DNA of 64,000 bases from a phage: sequence record OZ336093.1. One strand, 5' to 3'. The translations under genes were made by a program, and so were the position numbers. Each line of letters starts with the position of its first letter. Positions within the stretch are counted from its first letter, which is position 1. The notes under the pieces were generated by a model that worked only from the letters and a program-made list of their open reading frames with translations, did not search any database and was not told where the DNA came from. Positions 30,836 to 40,393 of this stretch are shown one piece after another.

Positions 30836-31183
30836 ATGATGGATAGCCTTTCTATATGGTTTAACAAGAAACCTGTGCAACCAAAATACTTACAAGTTGC
30901 CTATACAGACATCCTTGAAGTTCTCGGTAAAGAAAAGTTTGAAAAGTTTTGTGAAGGTATCTACAATCACCACTGCCAATTTGCTACAAAAGAAGGTATG
31001 TTTGTCATAGAACAATTCTTTGGCAGAGACCCAGATGACTACGAAGAGATTAGCTTTGTAATGAAATACATGATAGAGTATATTGAAAATCGTGGATTCG
31101 AAGTTAATCCTGAATTTTATGAACATGAGGGTGTACCTTTAGCAAAAGGTTTCGATGGCATACTCGTTAACTGGACTTGGTGA
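30836..31183 (+). CDS. hypothetical protein
   Basis: 115 aa ORF. Confidence 0.45.
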   Translation: MMDSLSIWFNKKPVQPKYLQVAYTDILEVLGKEKFEKFCEGIYNHHCQFATKEGMFVIEQFFGRDPDDYEEISFVMKYMIEYIENRGFEVNPEFYEHEGVPLAKGFDGILVNWTW

Positions 31184-31524
31184 AAACTATGAAAATCAAA
31201 GAGATGAACATCAACATTGTCTTAGAAGAACGTTGGGAGAACATCAATAAGCCTGAAGATGGCCATAAGTTTCTTAACAAAATTTTAGTAGCAGCTAAAG
31301 AAGAACTGACTGGCAAGGTCGCAGCAGCAATTACAATAAAGGTCTGCGTAAAAGGTCTTCCAGACAATCACCAATTTGCACTTGACGAGTTTAAAGGAAG
31401 CTTCTACAATCCAAACAAACAGATGCTTGAAAGTAACTTTGCAGTGTCTACAAGTATCGTTCATGACAGAAGCTTTATCCTTTACAAGAATATGAGAGGT
31501 GAGTCATGCAAGCATATTGGATAG
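31177..31524 (+). CDS. hypothetical protein
   Basis: 115 aa ORF. Confidence 0.45.
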   Translation: MVKTMKIKEMNINIVLEERWENINKPEDGHKFLNKILVAAKEELTGKVAAAITIKVCVKGLPDNHQFALDEFKGSFYNPNKQMLESNFAVSTSIVHDRSFILYKNMRGESCKHIG

Positions 31525-31682
31525 AAATTTTACTGTCACTCGGTAGTGTAGCAGTCCTTGTTTATCTTCTTTGTAAGTACTTTGCAGAACATAAGAAGTG
31601 TGACTACTGTAACGGAGAAGGGTATACAAGAGCAGGTTGTTGCCCTATGTGTGGTGGTTCTGGTAAAATGTTTAATAAGTAA
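31506..31682 (+). CDS. hypothetical small membrane-anchored Cys-rich protein
   Basis: 58 aa; N-terminal hydrophobic helix then CDYCNGEG...CPMCGGSG (DnaJ-type zinc-finger-like); not in supplied track. Confidence 0.3.
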   Translation: MQAYWIEILLSLGSVAVLVYLLCKYFAEHKKCDYCNGEGYTRAGCCPMCGGSGKMFNK

Positions 31683-31710
31683 TTTAACAGTAAACTAAGA
31701 GGAAAGTATT

Positions 31711-34077
31711 ATGCGCATGGTAAATGACCACGCAGAAGTGATTAAGAGTTCAACTTCTTTAGAGACGTCTCAAGCACAGATTACAATGACACCTGAGATG
31801 TTCAGCCTTTTGAGTTCTGGTGTATATACCTTTAAAGAAAGGGCAGTGATTCGTGAACTGTCATGTAACGCAGTAGATGCTCAGAAAGAAGCTGGAAAAG
31901 AGAACATCCCATTCCATGTGCATTTACCTACTCGTTTTGAGCCTTACTTCGAAGTTCGTGATTTTGGAACTGGATTGACTCATGATAAAGTTATGAGTTT
32001 GTACCTAAACTATGGAGCTTCTACGAAGAATGACTCTAATGACTACATTGGTGCAATGGGTATCGGCTCAAAGTCACCATTTGCAATTGCTCAGTCATTC
32101 ACAGTATCTAGTTATGTTGACGGTGTTGTTAATAAGTACTCTGTTTATCTTGAGAATGGTATCCCTCAAGTAACTAAGCTGACAACTAACCAAACAAAAG
32201 AACCTAATGGTTTAGCTGTACGTGTGGCAGTTGCTGACCACCGTATCTCAAAGTTCTTTGAAGAAGCTGGGAATGTGTACTCATACTTCACTGTAAAACC
32301 AGAAAGTAATATTGAGTACGACGATGTATTAGCAGATATGAACGTAATTGCCCGTGAAGAAGGTGTTTATGATGCCATGATTCATAAGCACAGCTGGCGT
32401 TCTAGTGATAACAGGACAGAGTTTAATGTGGTGATGGGTAACATTGCCTACCCTGTTAATATGGAAGCATTACTTGGCGATGATTTCTTCAAAGTATTGC
32501 CAGAATTTTTCCGTAGGAGCGTAGACCTTGTAAACATCTACATGCCTATTGGTTCAGTTGCTATTGCAGCTTCTCGTGAAGCATTGCAGATGAATGACAC
32601 GACAAAAAATGTTATCATTGAGGCTACTAAAAAGATAACTGAAGCCATTACAAAGGATGTTATCAAAAAGATTAACAATCAGCCCACACTCATGGATGCT
32701 GCACAGGCTTATGCTGAGTTGCGTTTGAACTCACGAGAAATGTTTAATGCTGTGTGTCCAAAGCTAGAGTGGGGAGGCGTTAAGCTTGATTCTCTGGAAG
32801 AAGAGTTGCTAAACATTCGTCGCGGGATTATCTACGCAGAAGACGGCTCAGTCATTTATGAACGTGACGGTAAAGGTAATATTAAGGTTGATAGGAACGG
32901 GAACAATATCCCTAAAGTAGATTATCTTTATAACCCAGTTGCTTATGTCAAGTTCAACTCTTTAGAGAGTAAGATTCGTGCAACAGCACTTTCCTACACT
33001 CAAGAGGCAAGTATGTTCAATATCTTTGGTGCAATGCGTAAAAGCCAAATTGAACAGTTTTTGTTCGTGATTAATGACCGTCGCAATAAAAATGGTACTG
33101 AGAAGACTGTAGGCCGCAATCAGATTCTGCGTGGTGCATGTCGAGACTACGCCAGTGAGTCAAGTCTGTTTCACAGATACAATGGTATTGTGTTTGTATT
33201 CTCGACTGAAAAAGAGTTAGACGACCTAATCAATCTACACAAACTTGATAAAAGCTTGTTAAAGATTGTGAAGATGTCTGATAAGGAGCACCATTATCAG
33301 CGTAAAGAAGCTGTAAGAGGTGTTGTAAAACTCTGGAAAGCTGTTCCAGCAGAAGGTGTAGCTTCCTATAAAGAGGTTTCAGAGGACTTTGATACAATTG
33401 AAGAACCTCAGCTTTACATTAAGGCAATTGGTGACACAGTTGATGGCGAATGTTTTTGCTCATCTCCAGAAGATGTAGCCAAGTCAGTTGCTAATGTTAC
33501 AGGGAAGACAGTCTATGTTTTCCGAAAAGCAAATTGGAAAAAGATACCAGAAGACTGGATTGAAGTAGATGAGAAACTCTTGAACGACAGCTTAACTGAT
33601 GTTCATTGGATTAATCATAACAGGTATATGACACGTATCTATATGAATGGTGTCCTTGACCTTACAAGCAGTTGGATTATTGCCAGAAACTTTACGTTCA
33701 ATAACAGGAAGATTTCTCGTGGCTATTGCTATTCACGGGATACAAACAAAACTATCTTCCTAGAAGGAAATGAAGATGCTGTAGAGGCAATGTTCGGTAA
33801 AATCCAATACGTTGCTGCACCATTTGCATACACTTATACTATTAGTGTATTGAAAACTTTGAAAGACTGTCTTGACAATGATACAAAGCTTTACAAGAAA
33901 ATTAAGAAAGCTGGTGACCGTATGGTCATTAAGGTGACAAACTACCTTTCAAAAAGAAAACAAGAAAACTTCTTGCTTTCTCATTTAGATTGGAATAAAG
34001 TGTCACCCATCGAAGTGAGTAAGTTCTTAGGCTTTGATGTAAAATGTGTTCCAGAAGGGACTACAATTTATGATTAA
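31711..34077 (+). CDS. rIIA: rIIA-like protein (GHKL ATPase domain)
   Basis: Bergerat-fold motifs RELSCNAVDA, DFGTGL, GAMGIGSKSPFA; N-terminal region aligns by eye with T4 rIIA as I recall it. Confidence 0.8.
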   Translation: MRMVNDHAEVIKSSTSLETSQAQITMTPEMFSLLSSGVYTFKERAVIRELSCNAVDAQKEAGKENIPFHVHLPTRFEPYFEVRDFGTGLTHDKVMSLYLNYGASTKNDSNDYIGAMGIGSKSPFAIAQSFTVSSYVDGVVNKYSVYLENGIPQVTKLTTNQTKEPNGLAVRVAVADHRISKFFEEAGNVYSYFTVKPESNIEYDDVLADMNVIAREEGVYDAMIHKHSWRSSDNRTEFNVVMGNIAYPVNMEALLGDDFFKVLPEFFRRSVDLVNIYMPIGSVAIAASREALQMNDTTKNVIIEATKKITEAITKDVIKKINNQPTLMDAAQAYAELRLNSREMFNAVCPKLEWGGVKLDSLEEELLNIRRGIIYAEDGSVIYERDGKGNIKVDRNGNNIPKVDYLYNPVAYVKFNSLESKIRATALSYTQEASMFNIFGAMRKSQIEQFLFVINDRRNKNGTEKTVGRNQILRGACRDYASESSLFHRYNGIVFVFSTEKELDDLINLHKLDKSLLKIVKMSDKEHHYQRKEAVRGVVKLWKAVPAEGVASYKEVSEDFDTIEEPQLYIKAIGDTVDGECFCSSPEDVAKSVANVTGKTVYVFRKANWKKIPEDWIEVDEKLLNDSLTDVHWINHNRYMTRIYMNGVLDLTSSWIIARNFTFNNRKISRGYCYSRDTNKTIFLEGNEDAVEAMFGKIQYVAAPFAYTYTISVLKTLKDCLDNDTKLYKKIKKAGDRMVIKVTNYLSKRKQENFLLSHLDWNKVSPIEVSKFLGFDVKCVPEGTTIYD

Positions 34078-34088
34078 AGTGTTTGACA

Positions 34089-34108
34089 AGGGGCTTCAAA
34101 GCCCCTTA
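34089..34108 (+). terminator. hairpin, possible terminator
   Basis: AGGGGCTT-CAA-AGCCCCT; weak T-run. Confidence 0.4.
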
Positions 34109-34156
34109 AAATAGCATCACAAAATGATTTATTAACTAACAAGAGAGAGTAATAAG

Positions 34157-35266
34157 ATGACTACTAAAACTAAAGCACAGATTGACGCAGAAATTTACAA
34201 ACTGGTTAAAGAGGGCAAGCTGACTAAAACCGCTATTGCACAGAAATTTAACACCTCAACCCGTTCAGTCGGTCGTGCTGTAGAGCGTCATGAAGCAACC
34301 TTAAAAGGGAATAAGAAGGTGACTTCTACACCAGCTACGAAGACTTTGAAGCAAGTTGCTAAGACCTTTAAAAAGAAAGCTGACAAACCAGTTGAAAAGG
34401 TTGTTAAAGAGTCTGTACAGAAAGCTCCAGTAAATAAACTACATGAAGCTATGCAGAAAGATGACAAGATTGAGTACATGATTACTGGTGACTCTGTAAT
34501 TATGACTTATGGTTCAGAGTCTGAAATTGTTGAGTCTACTCATCCGAACTATCAAGAGATTGTAGTTCATGTTGTGAAAGGTGAGTTTAAGAAAGCCTTT
34601 GAACTGATGAACATTCGTAAGTCTATCGAAAACTTCACTCAGGGTGCTATCACAATCAAAGGTGATAAGTTATTCTACGGTGCTGTTGAGATGCGTTCTA
34701 CTCTGGTTGACCGTATTCTTCACATGATGAAGACTGGAGATAAAGGCTTTGAACGCCTTGTGATGTTCTTCGAAAAACTGATGGAAAACCCATCTAAAGA
34801 TTCCGTAGAACAACTTTGGGGCTTCGTATCTCACCTTGATGTTGAAATTGATGAAGAAGGCTACATCATTGGTTGGAAGAAAGTCTCTACTCGTGAAGGC
34901 AAGCTGGTTGACTCCCACACCTACAGAGTACCTAATGATTTGGGTAACATTGTAGAAATGCCACGTTGGATGGTTGATAATAACCGTAACGTGACTTGCT
35001 CTCAAGGTCTTCACGTTGGTGCTTGGGATTATGTTCGCTGCTTCTCAGGTGATACAATTCTTAAGGTTCGTGTTCATCCACGAGACGTTGTATCCGTACC
35101 AACTGATTACAACGATATGAAGATGCGTTCATCACGTTATGAAGTTGCAGCAATCGTTGATAATCAACGTAAAGTACTGAAAGCATGGGATGGTAAGACT
35201 GAAGCTTTACATGTCATCGTTGGTACTGCTGGTGAACTTATCTCTCAGCGTAAACGTGAAAGCTAA
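34157..35266 (+). CDS. rIIB: rIIB-like protein
   Basis: blocks GDKLFYGAVEMRSTLVDRILHMMKTGD and VRVHPRDVVSVPTDYNDMKMRSSRYEV resemble T4 rIIB as I recall it; follows rIIA-like gene. Confidence 0.7.
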   Translation: MTTKTKAQIDAEIYKLVKEGKLTKTAIAQKFNTSTRSVGRAVERHEATLKGNKKVTSTPATKTLKQVAKTFKKKADKPVEKVVKESVQKAPVNKLHEAMQKDDKIEYMITGDSVIMTYGSESEIVESTHPNYQEIVVHVVKGEFKKAFELMNIRKSIENFTQGAITIKGDKLFYGAVEMRSTLVDRILHMMKTGDKGFERLVMFFEKLMENPSKDSVEQLWGFVSHLDVEIDEEGYIIGWKKVSTREGKLVDSHTYRVPNDLGNIVEMPRWMVDNNRNVTCSQGLHVGAWDYVRCFSGDTILKVRVHPRDVVSVPTDYNDMKMRSSRYEVAAIVDNQRKVLKAWDGKTEALHVIVGTAGELISQRKRES

Positions 35267-35282
35267 TAAGTAATTTCTTAAA

Positions 35283-35307
35283 AGGCTGCTTCGGCGGCCT
35301 TTTTTAT
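35283..35307 (+). terminator. rho-independent terminator
   Basis: GGCTGC-TTCG-GCGGCC followed by TTTTTT. Confidence 0.65.
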
Positions 35308-35366
35308 TTGTATTTTGTGCAGAGTGCTGTATAATTGTTGTCACGATAAACTAAACAGGAGAACCA

Positions 35367-35915
35367 ATGAAGAAATTGATTCTAGGTTTGTGCTTAATGT
35401 TTACAGCACACTTATCTTATGCAGTTGACTGCCCAGAGCTATCAATTAGCCAAAAAGTAAACATGTTAAAAGCTTACCAGTATGGTGAGAATAACATGGG
35501 TAAAGGTTGGGGTATAACTCTAGCTGCTATAGCCTTACAAGAGTCAGAGTTAGGTCTGAAGGTAGAGAATAAAAAGACACATGATTATGGTATTTTCCAG
35601 AATCACTTGAAGACTGTTGTAAAGCGTAACAAAATTAGCCCTAATGTGGCTAAAAAGAAACTCTTAAAAGATTTTGACTATGCTGCGAAGGAAACGCACA
35701 AAGAACTTGAGTTTTGGACAAAGGTGCATGGTCAGCCAAAGTCAAAGAAGACTTTACAAAAAGTTTTAGCATCATATAATGCTGGGTATTCGTACAGAAT
35801 CCCTAAAGCTAAGAAGTATTCTCAAGATGTCTATAACAACATGAAAGTTATTGCTCAATGTGAATTTGCAACAAACATTTCTAAGGTAAATCATGAAAAA
35901 ATTAAGAAAGTCTGA
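35367..35915 (+). CDS. secreted lytic transglycosylase-like protein
   Basis: signal peptide MKKLILGLCLMFTAHLSYA; SLT-like motif ALQESELG...GIFQ. Confidence 0.5.
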   Translation: MKKLILGLCLMFTAHLSYAVDCPELSISQKVNMLKAYQYGENNMGKGWGITLAAIALQESELGLKVENKKTHDYGIFQNHLKTVVKRNKISPNVAKKKLLKDFDYAAKETHKELEFWTKVHGQPKSKKTLQKVLASYNAGYSYRIPKAKKYSQDVYNNMKVIAQCEFATNISKVNHEKIKKV

Positions 35916-36588
35916 TGAAGTACTGTGTCATGCTTATGACTTACATCCTCATGAGTTAGGTCTTGATTCCTGTGTATGGACTCCAGAACAGTGTAGGGAT
36001 TTTGAAGACACCGCAAGAGAGGTTGTATGTTCACTCGAAGAGTTCCACACATCAGAGCCAATTGTTAATGTTGTAGATAAAGAGACTGGACAAGCTATAG
36101 GTGTAAGTCGTGATAGTTTAGTCATAGTCAATAAAGACCTTGTAGAAAAAGGGAATCTCATCTTAGCAGATATTGATGGTGTTCTTACAAATTTTAATCA
36201 CGAAGATTGTTCAACGGAATTGACTGACGGTTCATTCTCGCAGTATACCAATCTTCTTGATTCTGTAAGAGCAAAGCCGACGTATGTTTTCAATATCATT
36301 GATGCAATTGCTAATCATGCTGCTGTTGGACTCTTGACAGCGAGAGGTGAATCTCAGAGAATACCTACTGAGATGTTTTTAAGGCATAACACAGAGCATG
36401 ATTACATGCTTTTTATGCGTGGTTTTGGGACTAACTCTATAAGTGCAGAAAGTTTGAAAGTAAGGATGATTCAGTCTTGCATTCTTCCTTACTTTAATAT
36501 AGTATGCTTTATAGAAGACACAGAGAAGAATGTTCAGAAGGTAAACAGAATACTTCCACACATCAAAACCATGTTAGTTAAACATTGA
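35893..36588 (+). CDS. hypothetical protein (possible HAD-like phosphatase)
   Basis: internal LILADIDGVLTN resembles HAD motif I; weak. Confidence 0.4.
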   Translation: MKKLRKSDEVLCHAYDLHPHELGLDSCVWTPEQCRDFEDTAREVVCSLEEFHTSEPIVNVVDKETGQAIGVSRDSLVIVNKDLVEKGNLILADIDGVLTNFNHEDCSTELTDGSFSQYTNLLDSVRAKPTYVFNIIDAIANHAAVGLLTARGESQRIPTEMFLRHNTEHDYMLFMRGFGTNSISAESLKVRMIQSCILPYFNIVCFIEDTEKNVQKVNRILPHIKTMLVKH

Positions 36589-36598
36589 GAGAAAACTT

Positions 36599-37063
36599 AT
36601 GAACAATATCATTACGGTAGCACTGGACGTTACGGCAAACAAATCTGAAGTAGTTCGTAAAATGATTCAAGGTAACTTTGAAGGTAAAATTTTCCGTGCT
36701 GTTAATGTAAAAGCTGATGGTAGCATTCGTGAATATCGTGCATTGTTGAACGTTAAGAAGCACGTAAAAGGTGTTGGTTCAACGACTGCACACAAAGAAA
36801 ACCTGATGACTATCTATGATATGGGTAAGGCTTCAGAGTTAGGTGCTGAAGGTATCGTTAAAGAAGGTGCTCCGTATCGCTCTTTCAATCTGGAAACTAC
36901 TCTTATGCTTTCCTTTACAAGTGGTTCTAAAACAATCACTTATCTCTTTACTGATGCTGCAACGGTATCTGCTATTAAGGATAGCACTGTCAAAGCTGGC
37001 GTAGTTGCTGCTGCAAAAGCTTCTTCGATGGCTGCGAATATCCTTGCTAAAGTCCTCGGTTAA
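36599..37063 (+). CDS. hypothetical protein
   Basis: 154 aa ORF. Confidence 0.5.
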   Translation: MNNIITVALDVTANKSEVVRKMIQGNFEGKIFRAVNVKADGSIREYRALLNVKKHVKGVGSTTAHKENLMTIYDMGKASELGAEGIVKEGAPYRSFNLETTLMLSFTSGSKTITYLFTDAATVSAIKDSTVKAGVVAAAKASSMAANILAKVLG

Positions 37064-37074
37064 GGTTAAGATAC

Positions 37075-37096
37075 AGGCTCCTTCGGGAGCCTTTTT
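37075..37096 (+). terminator. rho-independent terminator
   Basis: AGGCTCC-TTCG-GGAGCCTTTTT. Confidence 0.65.
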
Positions 37097-37115
37097 CATT
37101 TCAGGAGATTGTTAA

Positions 37116-37463
37116 ATGACATTTAAAGAGTTTTGTCAAGCTACTTTCATAATTGTTTTCTTAGTTGGGGCAGGTGTCTGGGGAGGATACTCTTACAGAG
37201 ACTACCAAGTTGCTGAAACTGAGCTAAATAATGAGAAACTAATAAGTGTTGCCAAAGATGCTTATCAGGAAGGTTTAGCCACACTCAGCACCAATTACAA
37301 AAATGATTTGAAAGATGTGCTTGCTAAGAATAAGCACACAAAAGAGGTACTAACATATGAAAAAACTAAGCCAGAGTTTTATAATGTTTGTGTTACTGAT
37401 AATTATGTCAGGGTGTTCAACGAACAAAGTGAACAGTACATTCAAAAACTCCCAAGTAAGTGA
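37116..37463 (+). CDS. membrane protein (possible i-spanin-like)
   Basis: N-terminal TM segment FIIVFLVGAGVWGG then charged helical region. Confidence 0.4.
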   Translation: MTFKEFCQATFIIVFLVGAGVWGGYSYRDYQVAETELNNEKLISVAKDAYQEGLATLSTNYKNDLKDVLAKNKHTKEVLTYEKTKPEFYNVCVTDNYVRVFNEQSEQYIQKLPSK

Positions 37464-37626
37464 GAGTGATAAGTACACTCAAGAAGATTCAAGATTCACT
37501 ATCAAAGGTAATACTGGTAGTGATGTGGCAGCAGCCCTTGAGTTCTATCGTGATGGATTTTACCAGTGCACAATCAAAGCTAATAACCTTATTGATATGA
37601 TTTTATTAGGAAATAAACAGCAATGA
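37357..37626 (+). CDS. lipoprotein overlapping previous gene (possible o-spanin-like)
   Basis: lipobox IIMSGCST; starts inside the 3' part of the previous gene in another frame. Confidence 0.4.
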   Translation: MKKLSQSFIMFVLLIIMSGCSTNKVNSTFKNSQVSESDKYTQEDSRFTIKGNTGSDVAAALEFYRDGFYQCTIKANNLIDMILLGNKQQ

Positions 37627-37892
37627 CAGAGAATGAAGATACTTTTTACGTAGAAGGGTACTTACTGTTACCGCGACCAAAAGAAACTTATATGCGAATT
37701 GACTTCATACCAACCATTATGGATAATGTGATGTGTCATATCTTTATGCAGGGTGTCACAGCACAGCTTAAGCATGTTGGTAAAGACTGCAAAATAAAGG
37801 TTGACACTCATCCAGAAATCAAAGAGAATCACTACACATGGTTCTTACCAGACTCTAAAGAAATCTTAGCAGTTCTCAAAACGAGGAAGTAA
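37623..37892 (+). CDS. hypothetical protein
   Basis: 89 aa ORF. Confidence 0.45.
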   Translation: MTENEDTFYVEGYLLLPRPKETYMRIDFIPTIMDNVMCHIFMQGVTAQLKHVGKDCKIKVDTHPEIKENHYTWFLPDSKEILAVLKTRK

Positions 37893-37894
37893 CT

Positions 37895-38221
37895 ATGCAG
37901 ATTAATGGAAGAGACTTTGTAGCCGTTTACTACGAGAAAGGTAAAGAGGTTGGTGTAGCACAAGTATCTTATGGCAATGGTAAGTGGCTATATGGGACAA
38001 TCGCAGTAGTAGGAACAAGAAGTGATACAAAAACTTTTAAAGATTGTGTTGACCTTCTTGAAGAATCCATACACAATCATTGGTGTCTGATATGGATGAC
38101 TGACAACGAAGTGATAGAACGCTTCAAAAAGATTGGTATCAACATTGATAGCATTGAACATGTTGATTTATATGAGCTAACTGAGAAGGTAAACTATGAA
38201 AGTAATACTAGCCAGAGATAA
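37895..38221 (+). CDS. hypothetical protein
   Basis: 108 aa ORF. Confidence 0.45.
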   Translation: MQINGRDFVAVYYEKGKEVGVAQVSYGNGKWLYGTIAVVGTRSDTKTFKDCVDLLEESIHNHWCLIWMTDNEVIERFKKIGINIDSIEHVDLYELTEKVNYESNTSQR

Positions 38222-38423
38222 AAAGACACGGAAACTTATCAGGTCAGCGGTGTTCATTGGACGAAATAAGGTCATACCATTTGCAGCAAATGATGTGATA
38301 GCTTACCGGAAGAACTTAGTATTCACTGACTGTTTACGTGGCTTCATCTCTGAACCATTAGAACACTTTAAAAGTCGTTGTGGTAAAGGCATCATCATTC
38401 AAGAGGTAATTATTCATGGCTGA
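38196..38423 (+). CDS. hypothetical protein
   Basis: 75 aa ORF. Confidence 0.4.
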   Translation: MKVILARDKKTRKLIRSAVFIGRNKVIPFAANDVIAYRKNLVFTDCLRGFISEPLEHFKSRCGKGIIIQEVIIHG

Positions 38424-38616
38424 TTTCTGCAAAGACTGTGCTATCGAAATGTTTGGACGTGATACAGGTGATTTAAAAGGTCTTATCACTGAAGATGACT
38501 TTAAAGCTGGCTATGCAATGCCAGTAATCTGTGAAGGTTGTGGGTGCATCTGGGTAGACCACGAAGGGCAACGTGTAAAACCTTCAGAAGATAAAGAATC
38601 TTGGGAGAGATGTTAA
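38416..38616 (+). CDS. hypothetical Cys-rich small protein
   Basis: 66 aa, CKDC...CEGCGC. Confidence 0.4.
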   Translation: MADFCKDCAIEMFGRDTGDLKGLITEDDFKAGYAMPVICEGCGCIWVDHEGQRVKPSEDKESWERC

Positions 38617-39402
38617 ATGGGTATTGTAAAAATCATCAAAGGTGATATCTTTGACGCATTTGATAAAGGTAAGTTTGACATCATTGGTCACGGTTGCAAC
38701 TGTATGAACTTCATGGGTGCAGGTATTGCAGCAACTATTTCCAAGCGTTATCCAAAAGTGTATGATACTGACACAGAAGTTTACCTGTTTGCAGGTGGCA
38801 TTCGTCACAAACCCTGTGAAAATTTACTAGGTAATTTCTCTGTAGCACGTTTAAAACAAGGCCGTATAGCTAACCTTTACACCCAACTTCATACTGGTAA
38901 AGATGCCCGATACAGTGCTTTAGAGTCATCTTTGAAACAGCTTAACAGATACTGTGAAGTTAACCAGTTGAAGAAAGTTGGTCTACCTATGATTGGTGCA
39001 GGTATCGGTGGGCTTGACCCTCAAGCTGTCACAGTTATCATTAATCAGGTGATGAAGAGTGTAGATGTTTATCTGTATGTCTATGAAGCAAAAATGTATA
39101 ATGAGTTACACTCAGGTTGGAAAAACTACTGTGAACCAGAATACTTTGCAGGTGTAGTTGTGTTCACAGATAACGAAGTTACCCTCTTCAGACGAAGAAA
39201 AGGTAAGATACATCAAAGTAACCCTCCGGTTGAAAAGATGTCTCTGAGTAACGCTCTAGTTACCCACCTGTCGAAGAGCAATCACAGGATTGCAGTAACA
39301 TTTGGCAGTGATGCAGATACTTATATCTATGCAAGAACTGATGAGGATATCGAGACAGTTTTCTCTTCACCAGAAGTTACCTTCTTAGACGCAAAGAACT
39401 AA
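38617..39402 (+). CDS. macro-domain protein (ADP-ribose binding/processing)
   Basis: N-terminal IIKGDIFDAFDKGKFDIIGHGCNCMNFMGAGIAATI matches macro-domain layout (GDI..., Gly-rich AGIA loop). Confidence 0.65.
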   Translation: MGIVKIIKGDIFDAFDKGKFDIIGHGCNCMNFMGAGIAATISKRYPKVYDTDTEVYLFAGGIRHKPCENLLGNFSVARLKQGRIANLYTQLHTGKDARYSALESSLKQLNRYCEVNQLKKVGLPMIGAGIGGLDPQAVTVIINQVMKSVDVYLYVYEAKMYNELHSGWKNYCEPEYFAGVVVFTDNEVTLFRRRKGKIHQSNPPVEKMSLSNALVTHLSKSNHRIAVTFGSDADTYIYARTDEDIETVFSSPEVTFLDAKN

Positions 39403-39469
39403 GAAACTCTGTAGAATATTCACAATAGACCAAGCCTTTCTTATCTGGTAAATTTTTCAGGTAAGGAGG

Positions 39470-39670
39470 GCTTTTTCATTTCAGAATTGTGCAGGTAGAT
39501 TTCTATAGAGAAACCTGTAGAGAAAATATTGAACTCCAAAGAGAAAATTCATTTTCAAACTGTGCAGATAATCTCCAAAGAGCTTTTTCATTTTCAAAAC
39601 GTGCAGACCCCGCTCAGGTCGGGCAAGGAAAATCATTTTAGATTTGTGCAGGTAGGTTTTTATAGAGAGC
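39470..39670. repeat. four iteron-like direct repeats (core TTTTCAnAnnTGTGCAG)
   Basis: copies centred near 39489, 39562, 39601, 39647; copies 1 and 4 share TGTGCAGGTAGrTTTyTATAGAGA. Confidence 0.6.
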
Positions 39671-39710
39671 CAGACCAACCCCTCTCCCCCTCTTACTCCC
39701 CCTCTCCCCA
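39671..39710. repeat. C-rich polypyrimidine tract
   Basis: ccagaccaacccctctccccctcttactccccctctcccc. Confidence 0.8.
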
Positions 39711-39831
39711 AAAGTCAAGAGAAAAATTTGTAGCGGATTGAAAAATAATTCTTGATTTGTGTTCTGTTTTGTGGTAGTCGTGTGCGCCCGTTTCATTACA
39801 GTTTTGCCAAAAATATTTTTAAAATTTTTTC

Positions 39832-39860
39832 TTGACTCTTTGAACGTGGTTATCTAGTAT
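39832..39860 (+). promoter_or_regulatory. sigma70-like promoter TTGACT-N17-TAGTAT followed by GGGGAGG/CCTTCCCC stem-loop
   Basis: first unit of the recurring promoter/stem-loop/leader cassette. Confidence 0.5.
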
Positions 39861-39923
39861 TTGCATCAACGGGGAGGGAATGACCTTCCCCACTAAATAA
39901 AGTCCTAAACTGGAGATTCAAAA

Positions 39924-40307
39924 ATGGCATATCGTGCACCTAAATTCATCAACAAAGACAACTTTCGCAACGCACTGGAGAAGTCACTTGATGAGAATTT
40001 TAAAGGTAACATTATCGTTGTTCACGCATTCAATTTTAAGTATGATGTAAACGGGAATAGAATCAACCATTACACGGCAACCATGTTAGATGGTACACTT
40101 TCAAGTGAAAAAGCCGTACTAAATGCACTGGCAGGACGTGGAAAGGTATTAGTAAGATGTGATAAGAGACGTTATCAGGGCGGCGCATATGGTTATGATG
40201 ATGCTGTTTACCATCTTGAAAATATGGGCTATCAAGTAGAAAAAGCTGGAGCATCACAAATCATCGGCAGCGATGGTTATGTAACTATCTTCAAAATTAA
40301 CAAATAA
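39924..40307 (+). CDS. hypothetical protein (ORFan cassette gene)
   Basis: 127 aa; conserved leader ...CTAAACTGGAGATTCAAAA before ATG. Confidence 0.5.
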   Translation: MAYRAPKFINKDNFRNALEKSLDENFKGNIIVVHAFNFKYDVNGNRINHYTATMLDGTLSSEKAVLNALAGRGKVLVRCDKRRYQGGAYGYDDAVYHLENMGYQVEKAGASQIIGSDGYVTIFKINK

Positions 40308-40393
40308 AGTACTTTACAAGGGGCTTATAGTTCGATAAAGTAAGCCCCAGATAAAGAGCTTTACCACTAAATCCTAAATTGGAGAACTTAAAA

